From assembly GCA_034667725.1 (NCBI GenBank), contig JAXDQS010000010.1:160001-224000 (forward strand): a stretch of DNA of 64,000 nt, in the 5' to 3' direction. The notes beneath the pieces are model-generated. The model was not told where the DNA came from. It searched no databases and was given only the letters and a program-made list of their open reading frames with translations. This document shows, in pieces, positions 9,584-17,870 of the stretch (its first letter is position 1; the number at the start of each line of letters is the position of its first letter). The DNA is from Thermoplasmata archaeon. Lineage in GTDB: Archaea > Thermoplasmatota > E2 > JACPAO01 > JAHFTW01. The position numbers were made by a program, and so were the translations under genes.

Positions 9584-10512
9584 GGGCGGCACCGGGCGAG
9601 GAGGGCGGAATAGGCGAGCAGCAAGAGGGGAAGGAGGACGGCTGGGCCCGGCGCGGCGCGCGGCGTGGCCGCGGCGGCCGGCGGGCCGTCGAGGGCGAGC
9701 GCCAGCGGGGGCGAGGCGCGGCCGGCGCCTTCGCTGCGCAGCTCCAGGGTGTGGTTGCCGGGGAGGGCGGGCACTTCGAGGCGCCACGTCGGGCCGGTGG
9801 CGCGCGCCTGCCATGCGCCGTCGTCGAGGCGGAACGCGAGCGCCGTGGCGTTGCCGTCGGCGTGCCGGCCTTCGACCTGCCAGGCGTCGGCGCGCGTGGC
9901 CGCGGCCGTCGGAGGCGTGAGCGGGAGGGCGCGCCACGCCGCGACCGTGGCTGGCGCGGGCGGCACCGTGGCCTGGAGACTGGCGGTGGCGTCGAAGCGC
10001 TCGCCGCCGTCGGCGGCGTTGGCGGCGATGACGTGGTTGCCGTTGGCGGCCAGGACCGCCAGCCACGCCTGGGCGGGCTGCGGCTCGTGGGCCAGGTCCG
10101 GCGCGGTCCAGGCGACCTGCCACTCGCGCCGCAGGGTTCCGTCGGCAGTGTAGGTGGCTTCACGCGCGTCGGGGAGGCGGACCAGGTCCTCCATGCCGGC
10201 GGGGACCGCGAGGCGGCCGGCGCCGACGGCCAGGTCGAAGCCGCCTTGAGGCTGCGGCGCGGGCATGGCGGCCGGGCCGCCGCCGACGCGGACAGTCAGG
10301 AGGTAGCTGGCGCCGGGCAGCCAGCCGTCGGCGGGCAGGCCTTCGAGCGTGGCCGTGGCTTCGGTCGCCACCAGGGGCGGGACGGTGTGGCAGGCCAGGC
10401 AGGTGAGGCCGTTTTTGCCCGAGAAGCCGTCGGAGCCGCCGAAGTTGGCGGACGCGGTCCAGGCGACGGCCAGGAAGAGGGCGGCTGCGGCGAGGCGGGC
10501 GGCGGACGACAC
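9580..10512 (-). CDS. Secreted Reeler/choice-of-anchor V-like protein with CxxCH motif and C-terminal TM anchor
   Basis: Signal peptide, GLTCLACH, LEGLP..W.PG.SY.LTV, GGFDL, WTAP, AANGN; C-terminal APGP followed by a hydrophobic helix. Confidence 0.7.
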   Translation of the reverse strand: MSSAARLAAAALFLAVAWTASANFGGSDGFSGKNGLTCLACHTVPPLVATEATATLEGLPADGWLPGASYLLTVRVGGGPAAMPAPQPQGGFDLAVGAGRLAVPAGMEDLVRLPDAREATYTADGTLRREWQVAWTAPDLAHEPQPAQAWLAVLAANGNHVIAANAADGGERFDATASLQATVPPAPATVAAWRALPLTPPTAAATRADAWQVEGRHADGNATALAFRLDDGAWQARATGPTWRLEVPALPGNHTLELRSEGAGRASPPLALALDGPPAAAATPRAAPGPAVLLPLLLLAYSALLARCRP

Positions 10513-10592
10513 TTCAACCCCGGTTGTTGGGATTCAACCAGGATGGAACGGCCAAAAGGCTTGCTTCAACAGGTGTTGAGGGAGCCGCCACC

Positions 10593-12140
10593 ATGATATC
10601 CACGCCAAGGGTCGCGCGCGCGATGCCGAAGCCTGCCGCCGCGCCCGCCCCGACGGTCGAGGACGCCCTTGCCGTCCTGCCCGACCTCGACGCCGACCAG
10701 GTGCGCAAGGTCGTGGCGCTCGGCAAGAAGGCATGGCCGTACCGCTTCCCCGCGGAGCGCGACCTGGCCGCGCTGCGCGCCCGCCTGGAGGCGGCGCACC
10801 AGCCGGGCCAGAAGGGCGACGCGCCCGGGGCCAAGCGCTACAAGGTCGCGGGCCGGCTGCGCGCCAAGCGCGGCAGCGGCGGCATCGCGTTCCTTGATTT
10901 GGAGGGCCAGGACGGCAAGATCCAGTGCATCCTCGACAAGGGCGAGCTGGGGGACGCGGCGTTCGACGCGGCGCTGCACCTGCTGAACGAGGGCGACTGG
11001 GTCGGAGTCGCCGGCTACGGGATGCGCTCGAAGCGCGGCGAGCCCTCGATCGGCGCGGAGAAGGTCACGCTGCTTGCCAAGGCGCTGGTGTCGTTCCCGG
11101 ACCTGGGGCAGGCGGAGGCGCCGGAGCTGCGCTATGGCCGTCCGTATGTCGGCCTGATGCAAGGCCCGGCGGCGCGGCGGCCGTTCGTGCAGCGCGCCCG
11201 CATCACCCAAGTGGTCCGCCAAGTGCTGGAGAAGGCCGGCTTCCTGGAGGCGCACATCCCGGTCTTGGAGAAGGTGTACGGCGGCGCCAACGCCCAGCCG
11301 TTCGTCACCCACTCGAACGCGAAGGACATGCCGATGTACCTGCGCATCAGCCACGAACTGGCCCTGAAGAAGCTCCTCGTGGGCGGCCTGGAGCGGGTCC
11401 ACCACATCGGGCCGGCGTTCCGCAACGAGGACATCGACACCACCCACAACCCCGAGTTCACGCTGCTGGAGTGCTACGCCGCCTACTGGGACTACACAGA
11501 CATGATGCGGCTCACCGAGAAGATGTTCCAGGCCGCGGTGAAGGCCGTGAACGGCGGCTCGCTGGTGCTGCAGCGCCCGGGCAAGGAGCCGCTGGACTTC
11601 GGCACGTTCCACGTCGTCACGATGAAGGACGCGATCCGCTCGCACGGCGGCCCCGACCCCGACACCGTGTCGGACGAGGAAATCCAGAAAATCCTCGCGG
11701 AGGCCAACGTCCACATCCGCGGCGGCTACTCGCGCGGCCTCGGGGTCGCCAAGCTGTTCGAGGTCTACGCCGAGCCCCTCCTGGTGCAGCCGACCTTCGT
11801 CATCGACCACCCGCGCGAGACGACCCCGCTGTGCAAGGCGCACCGCAAGGACCCCAGCCTGGTCGAGCGGTTCGAGCTGTTCATCGCCGGCCGCGAGCAC
11901 GCCAACTCCTACTCCGAGCTCAACGACCCCATCCTGCAAGCGCGGCTGTTCGCCGAGCAGGAGGCCCGGCGCAAGGGCGGCGACGACGAGGCCCCGCCGA
12001 CCGACCAAGACTTCATCCAAGCCCTGAAGCATGGCATGCCCCCCGCGGGCGGCCTCGGCGTGGGCATCGACCGCATGGTGATGACCCTCCTCGACCTCGA
12101 CTCGATCAAGCAAGTGCTGCCGTTCCCGCAGATGAAGTGA
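10593..12140 (+). CDS. lysS: Lysyl-tRNA synthetase, class II
   Basis: OB-fold (VAGRL...FLDL...GKIQ), YGGANAQPFVTH, YLRISHEL.LKKLLVGG, FRNEDID.THNPEFT, ERFELFI.GRE.ANSYSELNDP, GMPPAGGLGVGIDR. Confidence 0.95.
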   Translation: MISTPRVARAMPKPAAAPAPTVEDALAVLPDLDADQVRKVVALGKKAWPYRFPAERDLAALRARLEAAHQPGQKGDAPGAKRYKVAGRLRAKRGSGGIAFLDLEGQDGKIQCILDKGELGDAAFDAALHLLNEGDWVGVAGYGMRSKRGEPSIGAEKVTLLAKALVSFPDLGQAEAPELRYGRPYVGLMQGPAARRPFVQRARITQVVRQVLEKAGFLEAHIPVLEKVYGGANAQPFVTHSNAKDMPMYLRISHELALKKLLVGGLERVHHIGPAFRNEDIDTTHNPEFTLLECYAAYWDYTDMMRLTEKMFQAAVKAVNGGSLVLQRPGKEPLDFGTFHVVTMKDAIRSHGGPDPDTVSDEEIQKILAEANVHIRGGYSRGLGVAKLFEVYAEPLLVQPTFVIDHPRETTPLCKAHRKDPSLVERFELFIAGREHANSYSELNDPILQARLFAEQEARRKGGDDEAPPTDQDFIQALKHGMPPAGGLGVGIDRMVMTLLDLDSIKQVLPFPQMK

Positions 12141-12143
12141 CCC

Positions 12144-12614
12144 CTAGTCCAAGCCCAGGCGCTCGTCGTCCTCCAAGTGGCGGTCGCGCCGCGTGGTCCC
12201 GACGATGTGCTCCGGCGGCAAGAGCGGACGGTAGCGCGGCCGCGTGACCCCCACCTTCTCGACCACGCCGTCCTCGATCATCCGGGTCAGATGGGCGCGC
12301 ACCACCTTGCGGGTGAAGCCGATGTCGTCGCTGATGCGGTAGACGCCCGACATCGGGTGCGCCAGCAAGGCCTCCAGCACGCGCGCCGCGTCCTCGTCAT
12401 GCAGCGCCCGCAGCCACGGCCGGTCGTGCGCCGGCACCTCGCCGGGGAACAGCTCGTGGCTCCAGCCGCGGTCCTCGACGTGCAACAGCCGCTGGCGCGT
12501 CAGCACGCGGACGTGGTGCTGGATGGTCGCCCAGCGCACGCCCAGCAGCGAGCACAGCTCGTTCTTGGTGATGCCGGGGCGGCTGGCCACCGCCGCCCGG
12601 ATGCGGGCCCGCAT
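12144..12614 (-). CDS. Double winged-HTH transcriptional regulator, COG3398-like (module B, gene 3)
   Basis: C-terminal part of ORF 12144..13547: RPGITKNELCSLLGVRWATIQHHVRVL...LFPG...HPMSGVYRISDDIGFTRKVVRAHL. Paralog of 5544..5984. Start codon uncertain. Confidence 0.85.
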   Translation of the reverse strand: MRARIRAAVASRPGITKNELCSLLGVRWATIQHHVRVLTRQRLLHVEDRGWSHELFPGEVPAHDRPWLRALHDEDAARVLEALLAHPMSGVYRISDDIGFTRKVVRAHLTRMIEDGVVEKVGVTRPRYRPLLPPEHIVGTTRRDRHLEDDERLGLD

Positions 12615-12649
12615 CGCGTCACCGTCGCGCAGGGCGATGAAGAGCGGCG

Positions 12650-14053
12650 CTAAACGTATCCCTCCACGAGCGCCGCGCGGCGCGTCTCCGCCTTCCGAAG
12701 GGCCTCCGCCACCAGGCCCCGCAGCGCGGGGTCGGCCGCCGCATCGCGGGCGTAGCCGGGGCTGACCGCGATGCAGTTGGCCAACGATTCGAGCGCCTCG
12801 CCGCGCCGGCCTTGCAGCGAGCGCAGGTGGGCCAAGAGGTAGTCGCGGGTGTCGCGCCGCCGCGCCCAGCGACGCGCCGGGCCGAGGCGGCGCTCCGCGC
12901 GCGCCAACTGGCCCGAGCGCAGCAGCGCCACGGCCTCGGCGACGCGGGCGTCGCGGCCCGCCCACGGCAGCCACGCCAGCCGCGACGCGGTGGCGGCGGC
13001 TTGCGGGTAGTCGCGCGCGTCCATCCGGCGCCGCAGCAGGACGCGCTGGTGGCGGTAGGCGGTGGCCGCCAAGGCGACGACGGCCAGGCCGGCAAGCCAC
13101 CACGGCCACAGCGCGCCGAGGCCGGGGCCGTCGGCGGCCTCCAGGCCGGCGCCCTCGATGGCGGCGACGTCCCCCAGCTCGAGGCGCACCGCCGCCGACT
13201 GGGCGCGCAAGGCCCCCGCCAGCGGGGCGCGCAGCACGACGGTGGCGGGCGCCACCGCCTCGCCGGCGACCACCAGCCGCGCCGAATGCAGCGAGACGCT
13301 GCCGGCGGCCATCGCGAGGGACGCGTCCTCCAAGAGCGCCGTGGTGGCGTTGGCGAGCACCAAGGTCAGTTCGGCGCCGCGCAGGTCGGCGTACGCCTCG
13401 ACCTGGACGTTCTCCATGACGGGCACGCCTGGCGCGACCGTGGGCGTGCTGTGCTGCCCGGTCTCCGCCGTGACGGTCCCGTTGGCGCTCGCGAAGGTGG
13501 CGTCGGCGCCCCAGACGACCAGCCGGAAGTCGCCGCGCACCGACCACTCCCTGCCGCCCAGCGCCGCCAACGCCCCCCGCGCCTCATACGTGGTCTGCGG
13601 CCGGACCGTGCTGGCGTGCGGCTTGAAGGTGGTGGTGCCCGCCGTGGCGGCCTCCACCGCCAGCCCGGCCAGCTGGGCCTCGGCGGAGCGGGGCGCAAGC
13701 GGAATCAGGACGAGGCGGCAGTCCTTGGTCCCATTGACCAGCACGCGGACGTCGCGCAGGTCGCTGGGTTCGGTGGTCACGTCGGCGTCCAGCGGCGCAA
13801 CACCCACGGCCGAGTACGCGACCTGGCTGCGGTCCACCTCGACGTGGGCGCTCGCCGCCGTCCCCACCAGGCGGACGCTGCCGCACGCCTGCTCCTGATG
13901 GGACCAGGCGCGCAACGGGCCCGCGAGGTCCGCGTGCCCCGCGACCTCGACGCGGGTGGCGGTGCCTGTGACGGCGACGCCCGCGTGGACGGAAGGAGAA
14001 AGAAGGAGCAGCAGGAAAAGGGCCAGCGCCCAGGCCCAGCCCGGCCGGTGCAT
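12650..14053 (-). CDS. Single-pass membrane protein with extracellular domain and cytoplasmic TPR-like region (module B, gene 2)
   Basis: Signal peptide, GDFRLVVWGAD (compare GDFSLSVWDWD in 4123..5547), TM helix, ALLRSG/YLLAH TPR-like helices, ends EGYV. Confidence 0.8.
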   Translation of the reverse strand: MHRPGWAWALALFLLLLLSPSVHAGVAVTGTATRVEVAGHADLAGPLRAWSHQEQACGSVRLVGTAASAHVEVDRSQVAYSAVGVAPLDADVTTEPSDLRDVRVLVNGTKDCRLVLIPLAPRSAEAQLAGLAVEAATAGTTTFKPHASTVRPQTTYEARGALAALGGREWSVRGDFRLVVWGADATFASANGTVTAETGQHSTPTVAPGVPVMENVQVEAYADLRGAELTLVLANATTALLEDASLAMAAGSVSLHSARLVVAGEAVAPATVVLRAPLAGALRAQSAAVRLELGDVAAIEGAGLEAADGPGLGALWPWWLAGLAVVALAATAYRHQRVLLRRRMDARDYPQAAATASRLAWLPWAGRDARVAEAVALLRSGQLARAERRLGPARRWARRRDTRDYLLAHLRSLQGRRGEALESLANCIAVSPGYARDAAADPALRGLVAEALRKAETRRAALVEGYV

Positions 14054-14095
14054 CAGCCGTGGGACAATGAGGCCGGATATCGCCCTTCTGGGCGA

Positions 14096-14312
14096 CTAAG
14101 GGCCGATGGGCGGCAACGGCAGCAGGCAGGTGGGGTCGAGGGTGTAGGTGGGTGGGTTGGTGTCGTCGTCGTGCATGAACACCTGGCAGTGCGGCCAGTG
14201 GTCGAGCGGGCCTTCATCCTCCCCCGGCGGGTCGGCGGGCTCGTCCGCGACGCAGTTCGGAATCCAGGCCAAGGCGATCGTCAACAGGGCTGTCGCTAGT
14301 CTCGTGGGGCAT
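14096..14312 (-). CDS. Small secreted Cys-loop peptide (module B, gene 1), possibly frameshifted near its start
   Basis: Track ORF 14096..14284 ends WPHCQVF...PTYTLDPTCLLPLPP. An ATG at 14312 is out of frame by one base at a C4 run; removing one C gives MPTRLATALLTIALAWIPNCVA, a signal-peptide-like start. Confidence 0.6.
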
Positions 14313-14584
14313 CACTTCCGGCCGCCGAAGCCGACGGCCGGAGTCCCATCCCGCAGCAGGCTTATCGCCCGATTCGCAAGAACTGGGGTCGTTCTTTGCT
14401 AAAAATGGGAACGTTCCGAAAGCAACGCCCGGCCGCGACGCCCATGCACGACCAAAAGCGCGCATCCCGCGGTTTTGCTCCAATGACCCGGGCTTGCGTT
14501 GGGCGGCGGACCAAGGCCATGGTGCAAGCGAAGGTCTCGGGCTGTCCCAAAAGCATCATGACCTAGGGCGGCGGAGGTTTCCCA

Positions 14585-15469
14585 ATGAGCCCCGGGCGCG
14601 CCTGCATCGGGCTTGGCCTTGCTGGCCAAGGCGTGGCGCTGCTGTCCGGCGTCGTGCCCCACGAGGACCCGCTGGTGGGCGCCGGCCTCTTGGCCTTCGG
14701 CCTCGCCTTGGTGGCCACGGGGACCATGCCCGCCTTGCCGGCGCTGCGGCGGTGGCACCTGCTGGCCTGCGGCGGCGCCGCCCTCGCCGCCGCCGGCGCC
14801 GCGTGGGCACTCTCGGGCCGGGCCCCCTCGGGGCCGCTGCTGCTGCTCGGGCTCCTGGGCACGACGCTCGTGGCCGCCGCCGCGCTCCACGGACGGTCCT
14901 TGCAGGCGGGCGGACGGGCTTGGCCCGCCCGGGACCTTGCCGCCGGCGCCGCCGTCGCCCTCGGGGCGCCGCTTGCGGTCTGGCTGGCGCAGGCCGCCTT
15001 CAAGCGGGTGGCCGCCACGACGCCGCTGGAGGCGTTCGAGATGCTGTTCCTGGTGGCGCCGGTCCACTGGATGCTCGGCCAGGCCGGGTTCGCCACGACC
15101 ATGGACGGCCAGACCCTGACCATGCAGGGCACGCACGGCCTCCTGACGGTCCAGGTGGGCGCGGCGTGCTCGGGGCTGCAGGCGATGGCGTTGTTCATGG
15201 GGATGCTGGCGCTGTTTGCCGCCACGCAGCGCCCGCCGGGCCGCCGCCTTGCCGTCTGGACCGTCGTGGGCTTGGCCGGCGTCTACGTCGCCAACGTGCT
15301 GCGGCTGTTCGTCGTGATCCTGGCCGGCCACCAATGGGGCGCTGGGGCCTTGCAGGAGGTCCACGCCAACGCGGGCTGGGCGTTCTTCGTGGCCTGGAGC
15401 CTGCTGTTCGCCGTGTGGCTGCGGCGCGACCTTCAACGCATGCGGGCCGCGTCCCCGCCCATGGCCTGA
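14585..15469 (+). CDS. Archaeosortase/exosortase family protein
   Basis: Multi-TM protein with the Cys/Arg/His triad: VGAACSGLQAM, ANVLRL, EVHANAGW. Confidence 0.9.
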   Translation: MSPGRACIGLGLAGQGVALLSGVVPHEDPLVGAGLLAFGLALVATGTMPALPALRRWHLLACGGAALAAAGAAWALSGRAPSGPLLLLGLLGTTLVAAAALHGRSLQAGGRAWPARDLAAGAAVALGAPLAVWLAQAAFKRVAATTPLEAFEMLFLVAPVHWMLGQAGFATTMDGQTLTMQGTHGLLTVQVGAACSGLQAMALFMGMLALFAATQRPPGRRLAVWTVVGLAGVYVANVLRLFVVILAGHQWGAGALQEVHANAGWAFFVAWSLLFAVWLRRDLQRMRAASPPMA

Positions 15470-17088
15470 CGCAGCACGACGTGGAACACCTGGGCTTGGC
15501 CGTTGTCGAAGACGAGGTGGAGGTCGTCGGAGCGCGCGAACTTGCCGTACGCCTCGGCGCCGACAGGCTCCCGCAGCGGCCCGAACTCCATGAAGCCGGA
15601 CGCCTCCACGTCGTGGCGCAGCACGAACACCTCGAAGCCGGCCAGGTAGGGCAGGGTGGTCGTCGGGTCGGTGCTGTACCAGAAGTCCCGCAGCAGCGAC
15701 TCGCTGGGACGGAACGCGATGGCGTCATGGAAGCCGTAGCGCCGGAACAGCACGCTCGACAGCTCCAGGGACGAGTACACGACGGCGTCGTGGCGCTCGT
15801 GGCCGTCCATCCATTCGAGCGCGCCCCGGTCGCCTTCCGAGTAGTTCGGGGTGGCGGTGGCGACCAGCAGCGGCGTCGCCACCACGAGCCCCGCCAGCAC
15901 GGCGCCGGCGGTCCGCAGCGCAACGCCACGCCGGACGAAGCGCGCCAGCAGGTAGAGCGACGCCAGCAGTCCCAACGGCGCGAGGTAGATGACGCTCCGG
16001 TTGAGGAAGCTCACGCCGAGGCTGCCCACCAGCACGGCGCTGAACAGGCCGACGCCGACCGCCCACTGGGCGAAGGCGCCGTGCGCCGGCTGCACGGGCC
16101 GGCCGGCCCACCAGTCGCGCAACGCCAGCAGCACGAGCCAGCCAAGCGGGGCGAACACGGCCGCGCTGCCGGCGTACAAAAGCGCCGACCGCCACGGCTC
16201 GCGGTTGAGGTGGCTGGCGTAGTCGCCGCCCGTGTCGGGGCCCAGCACGGGCGCCGCCGTCATCTGGGCCGACAGCTCCAGGTGGCTCGTCAAGGCGCCG
16301 TTCAAGAGCAGCATCCCCACCAGCGCCAGCGGCACCGCGATGCTGAACGCGAGCGGGACGAGCGGCGTGAACGGCGTGCGCCGCAGCCGGGCCAGCAGGT
16401 GCAGGGCCAAGAAGCCCGCGAACAGGAGGATGACGTAGTACGACACAGTGTAGTACCAGAAGGGCAGGACCGCGATGGGCACCAGGGCAAGCGGGATGGC
16501 GCGCCGGTCCCCCAGGAGGCTGCGCCGCAGCAGCAGGTGCAGCACGATCGCCACCGCCACCAGCGACGTGCTGGGCATGAGGACGCGCAGGTCGAGCACG
16601 AACGGCGCGCTCACCACCGGCAGCGCCAGCGGCGCCAGCGCGTGCCACGGGGCCTTGGCGGGCCGCATCAAGAGGTCGGCGGTCGCGAACGTGAGGCCCA
16701 GCAGGGCGAAGGCCCCGAACGGGACGCGGGCCGTCTCCTCGGGGGCCGCCCCGGCCAGGCTGCTCAAGGTGGCAAGCAAGGTGGGCTGCAGCGGGATGCC
16801 GTTCCAGAAGTGCCATGTCGTGGTCGCGTAGAAGCTGGGGCGGCCGAGGCCCATCTCCTCCTGGAACGGGCCGAGCGTGTCCGCGAACGACGAACGCGCG
16901 AACACGTCCTCGTTCACCGGGACGCGGCCGTCGTCGAGGGCCGCCTGGGCCAAGAGGTCATGCGAGAACAGCCACTCGTTGGGCGCGTAGGGCGACGCCC
17001 GCGTGCCGGCGTTCGCGACCGCGAAGAACAGCGTGCAGCCGGCCAAGGCCAAGAGCGCGAGCCGCCAGCCGACGGGAAGGCCGCGCAC
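15433..17088 (-). CDS. Polytopic membrane protein, DUF2206/GT-C-like (glycosylation-locus type)
   Basis: About 12 hydrophobic segments plus a C-terminal soluble domain with GALEWM... and VFDNG motifs. Confidence 0.6.
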   Translation of the reverse strand: MRGLPVGWRLALLALAGCTLFFAVANAGTRASPYAPNEWLFSHDLLAQAALDDGRVPVNEDVFARSSFADTLGPFQEEMGLGRPSFYATTTWHFWNGIPLQPTLLATLSSLAGAAPEETARVPFGAFALLGLTFATADLLMRPAKAPWHALAPLALPVVSAPFVLDLRVLMPSTSLVAVAIVLHLLLRRSLLGDRRAIPLALVPIAVLPFWYYTVSYYVILLFAGFLALHLLARLRRTPFTPLVPLAFSIAVPLALVGMLLLNGALTSHLELSAQMTAAPVLGPDTGGDYASHLNREPWRSALLYAGSAAVFAPLGWLVLLALRDWWAGRPVQPAHGAFAQWAVGVGLFSAVLVGSLGVSFLNRSVIYLAPLGLLASLYLLARFVRRGVALRTAGAVLAGLVVATPLLVATATPNYSEGDRGALEWMDGHERHDAVVYSSLELSSVLFRRYGFHDAIAFRPSESLLRDFWYSTDPTTTLPYLAGFEVFVLRHDVEASGFMEFGPLREPVGAEAYGKFARSDDLHLVFDNGQAQVFHVVLRQAMGGDAARMR

Positions 17089-17850
17089 TCACGCGCTCCC
17101 GACTTGCAGCACGAAGTGGACCTCGCGCGCCATGCCGGCGGCCTCGAGGCGTGCGTCGAAGGCGTGCAGGCCGGGCGCGTCCGTGGGCACGACGAACGCG
17201 ACGGCGTGGCGGCCATGGGGCGCAAGCCGGATCGCCGTGGCCTCGCCGTGGCCGTCCCAGGCGAGCCGGAGCGTCCCTTCGAGCGCCGCGTCGCCGCTCG
17301 CAAGCAGCACCGTGACGGGGACGGTGGCGTTCACGGCGACCACGGCGGGCAGCACAAGCGCCTGGCCGTCGGGGCCTTCCAGCCAAAGCGCGGCCGGCAG
17401 CTCCGCGCCTGGCTGCGGCCACCACGCCACGACGCCGGCCAGCAGGAACGTGGCGCCGCACAGGGCCAGCGTGGAGCGCGTGCTCGGCGCCACGGCGAAC
17501 CCGGCCGGCTCGGCCCCTAGGCGGCCCTTGCGGGCGGCGGCGACGATGGCCGCGACGGCCACGACGACCATGATCGCCAGCACCAGCGACCAACGATGGA
17601 AGCCGAGGGTGGCCGAGGTCGCAAGCGCGAGGACGGGCAACAGCAGAAGCCCCAGGCCGGCCGCGAGCGCATGGCGCTCCAGGCCGACGCAGCGGCCGCG
17701 CGGATAGGCCATGTCCAGCAAGGCGTAGCCTGGCGCCCAGACCGCGCCGAGCGCCACGAAGGCCCAGCTCCAGGGCGGCTCCAGGGGGAAAAGGAGGAAG
17801 AGGGGGGCGCAGGCCGCAGCCGCCAATGCCTTGCGCCCGTCCATCGTCAT
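17089..17850 (-). CDS. DUF1616 family membrane protein
   Basis: APGYALL..AYP...LERHALAAGLGL.LLP motif typical of the DUF1616 N-terminus; C-terminal Ig-like segment ending REVHFVLQV. Confidence 0.75.
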   Translation of the reverse strand: MTMDGRKALAAAACAPLFLLFPLEPPWSWAFVALGAVWAPGYALLDMAYPRGRCVGLERHALAAGLGLLLLPVLALATSATLGFHRWSLVLAIMVVVAVAAIVAAARKGRLGAEPAGFAVAPSTRSTLALCGATFLLAGVVAWWPQPGAELPAALWLEGPDGQALVLPAVVAVNATVPVTVLLASGDAALEGTLRLAWDGHGEATAIRLAPHGRHAVAFVVPTDAPGLHAFDARLEAAGMAREVHFVLQVGSA

Positions 17851-17870
17851 CGGGAGTCCCGGTCCAGGGA

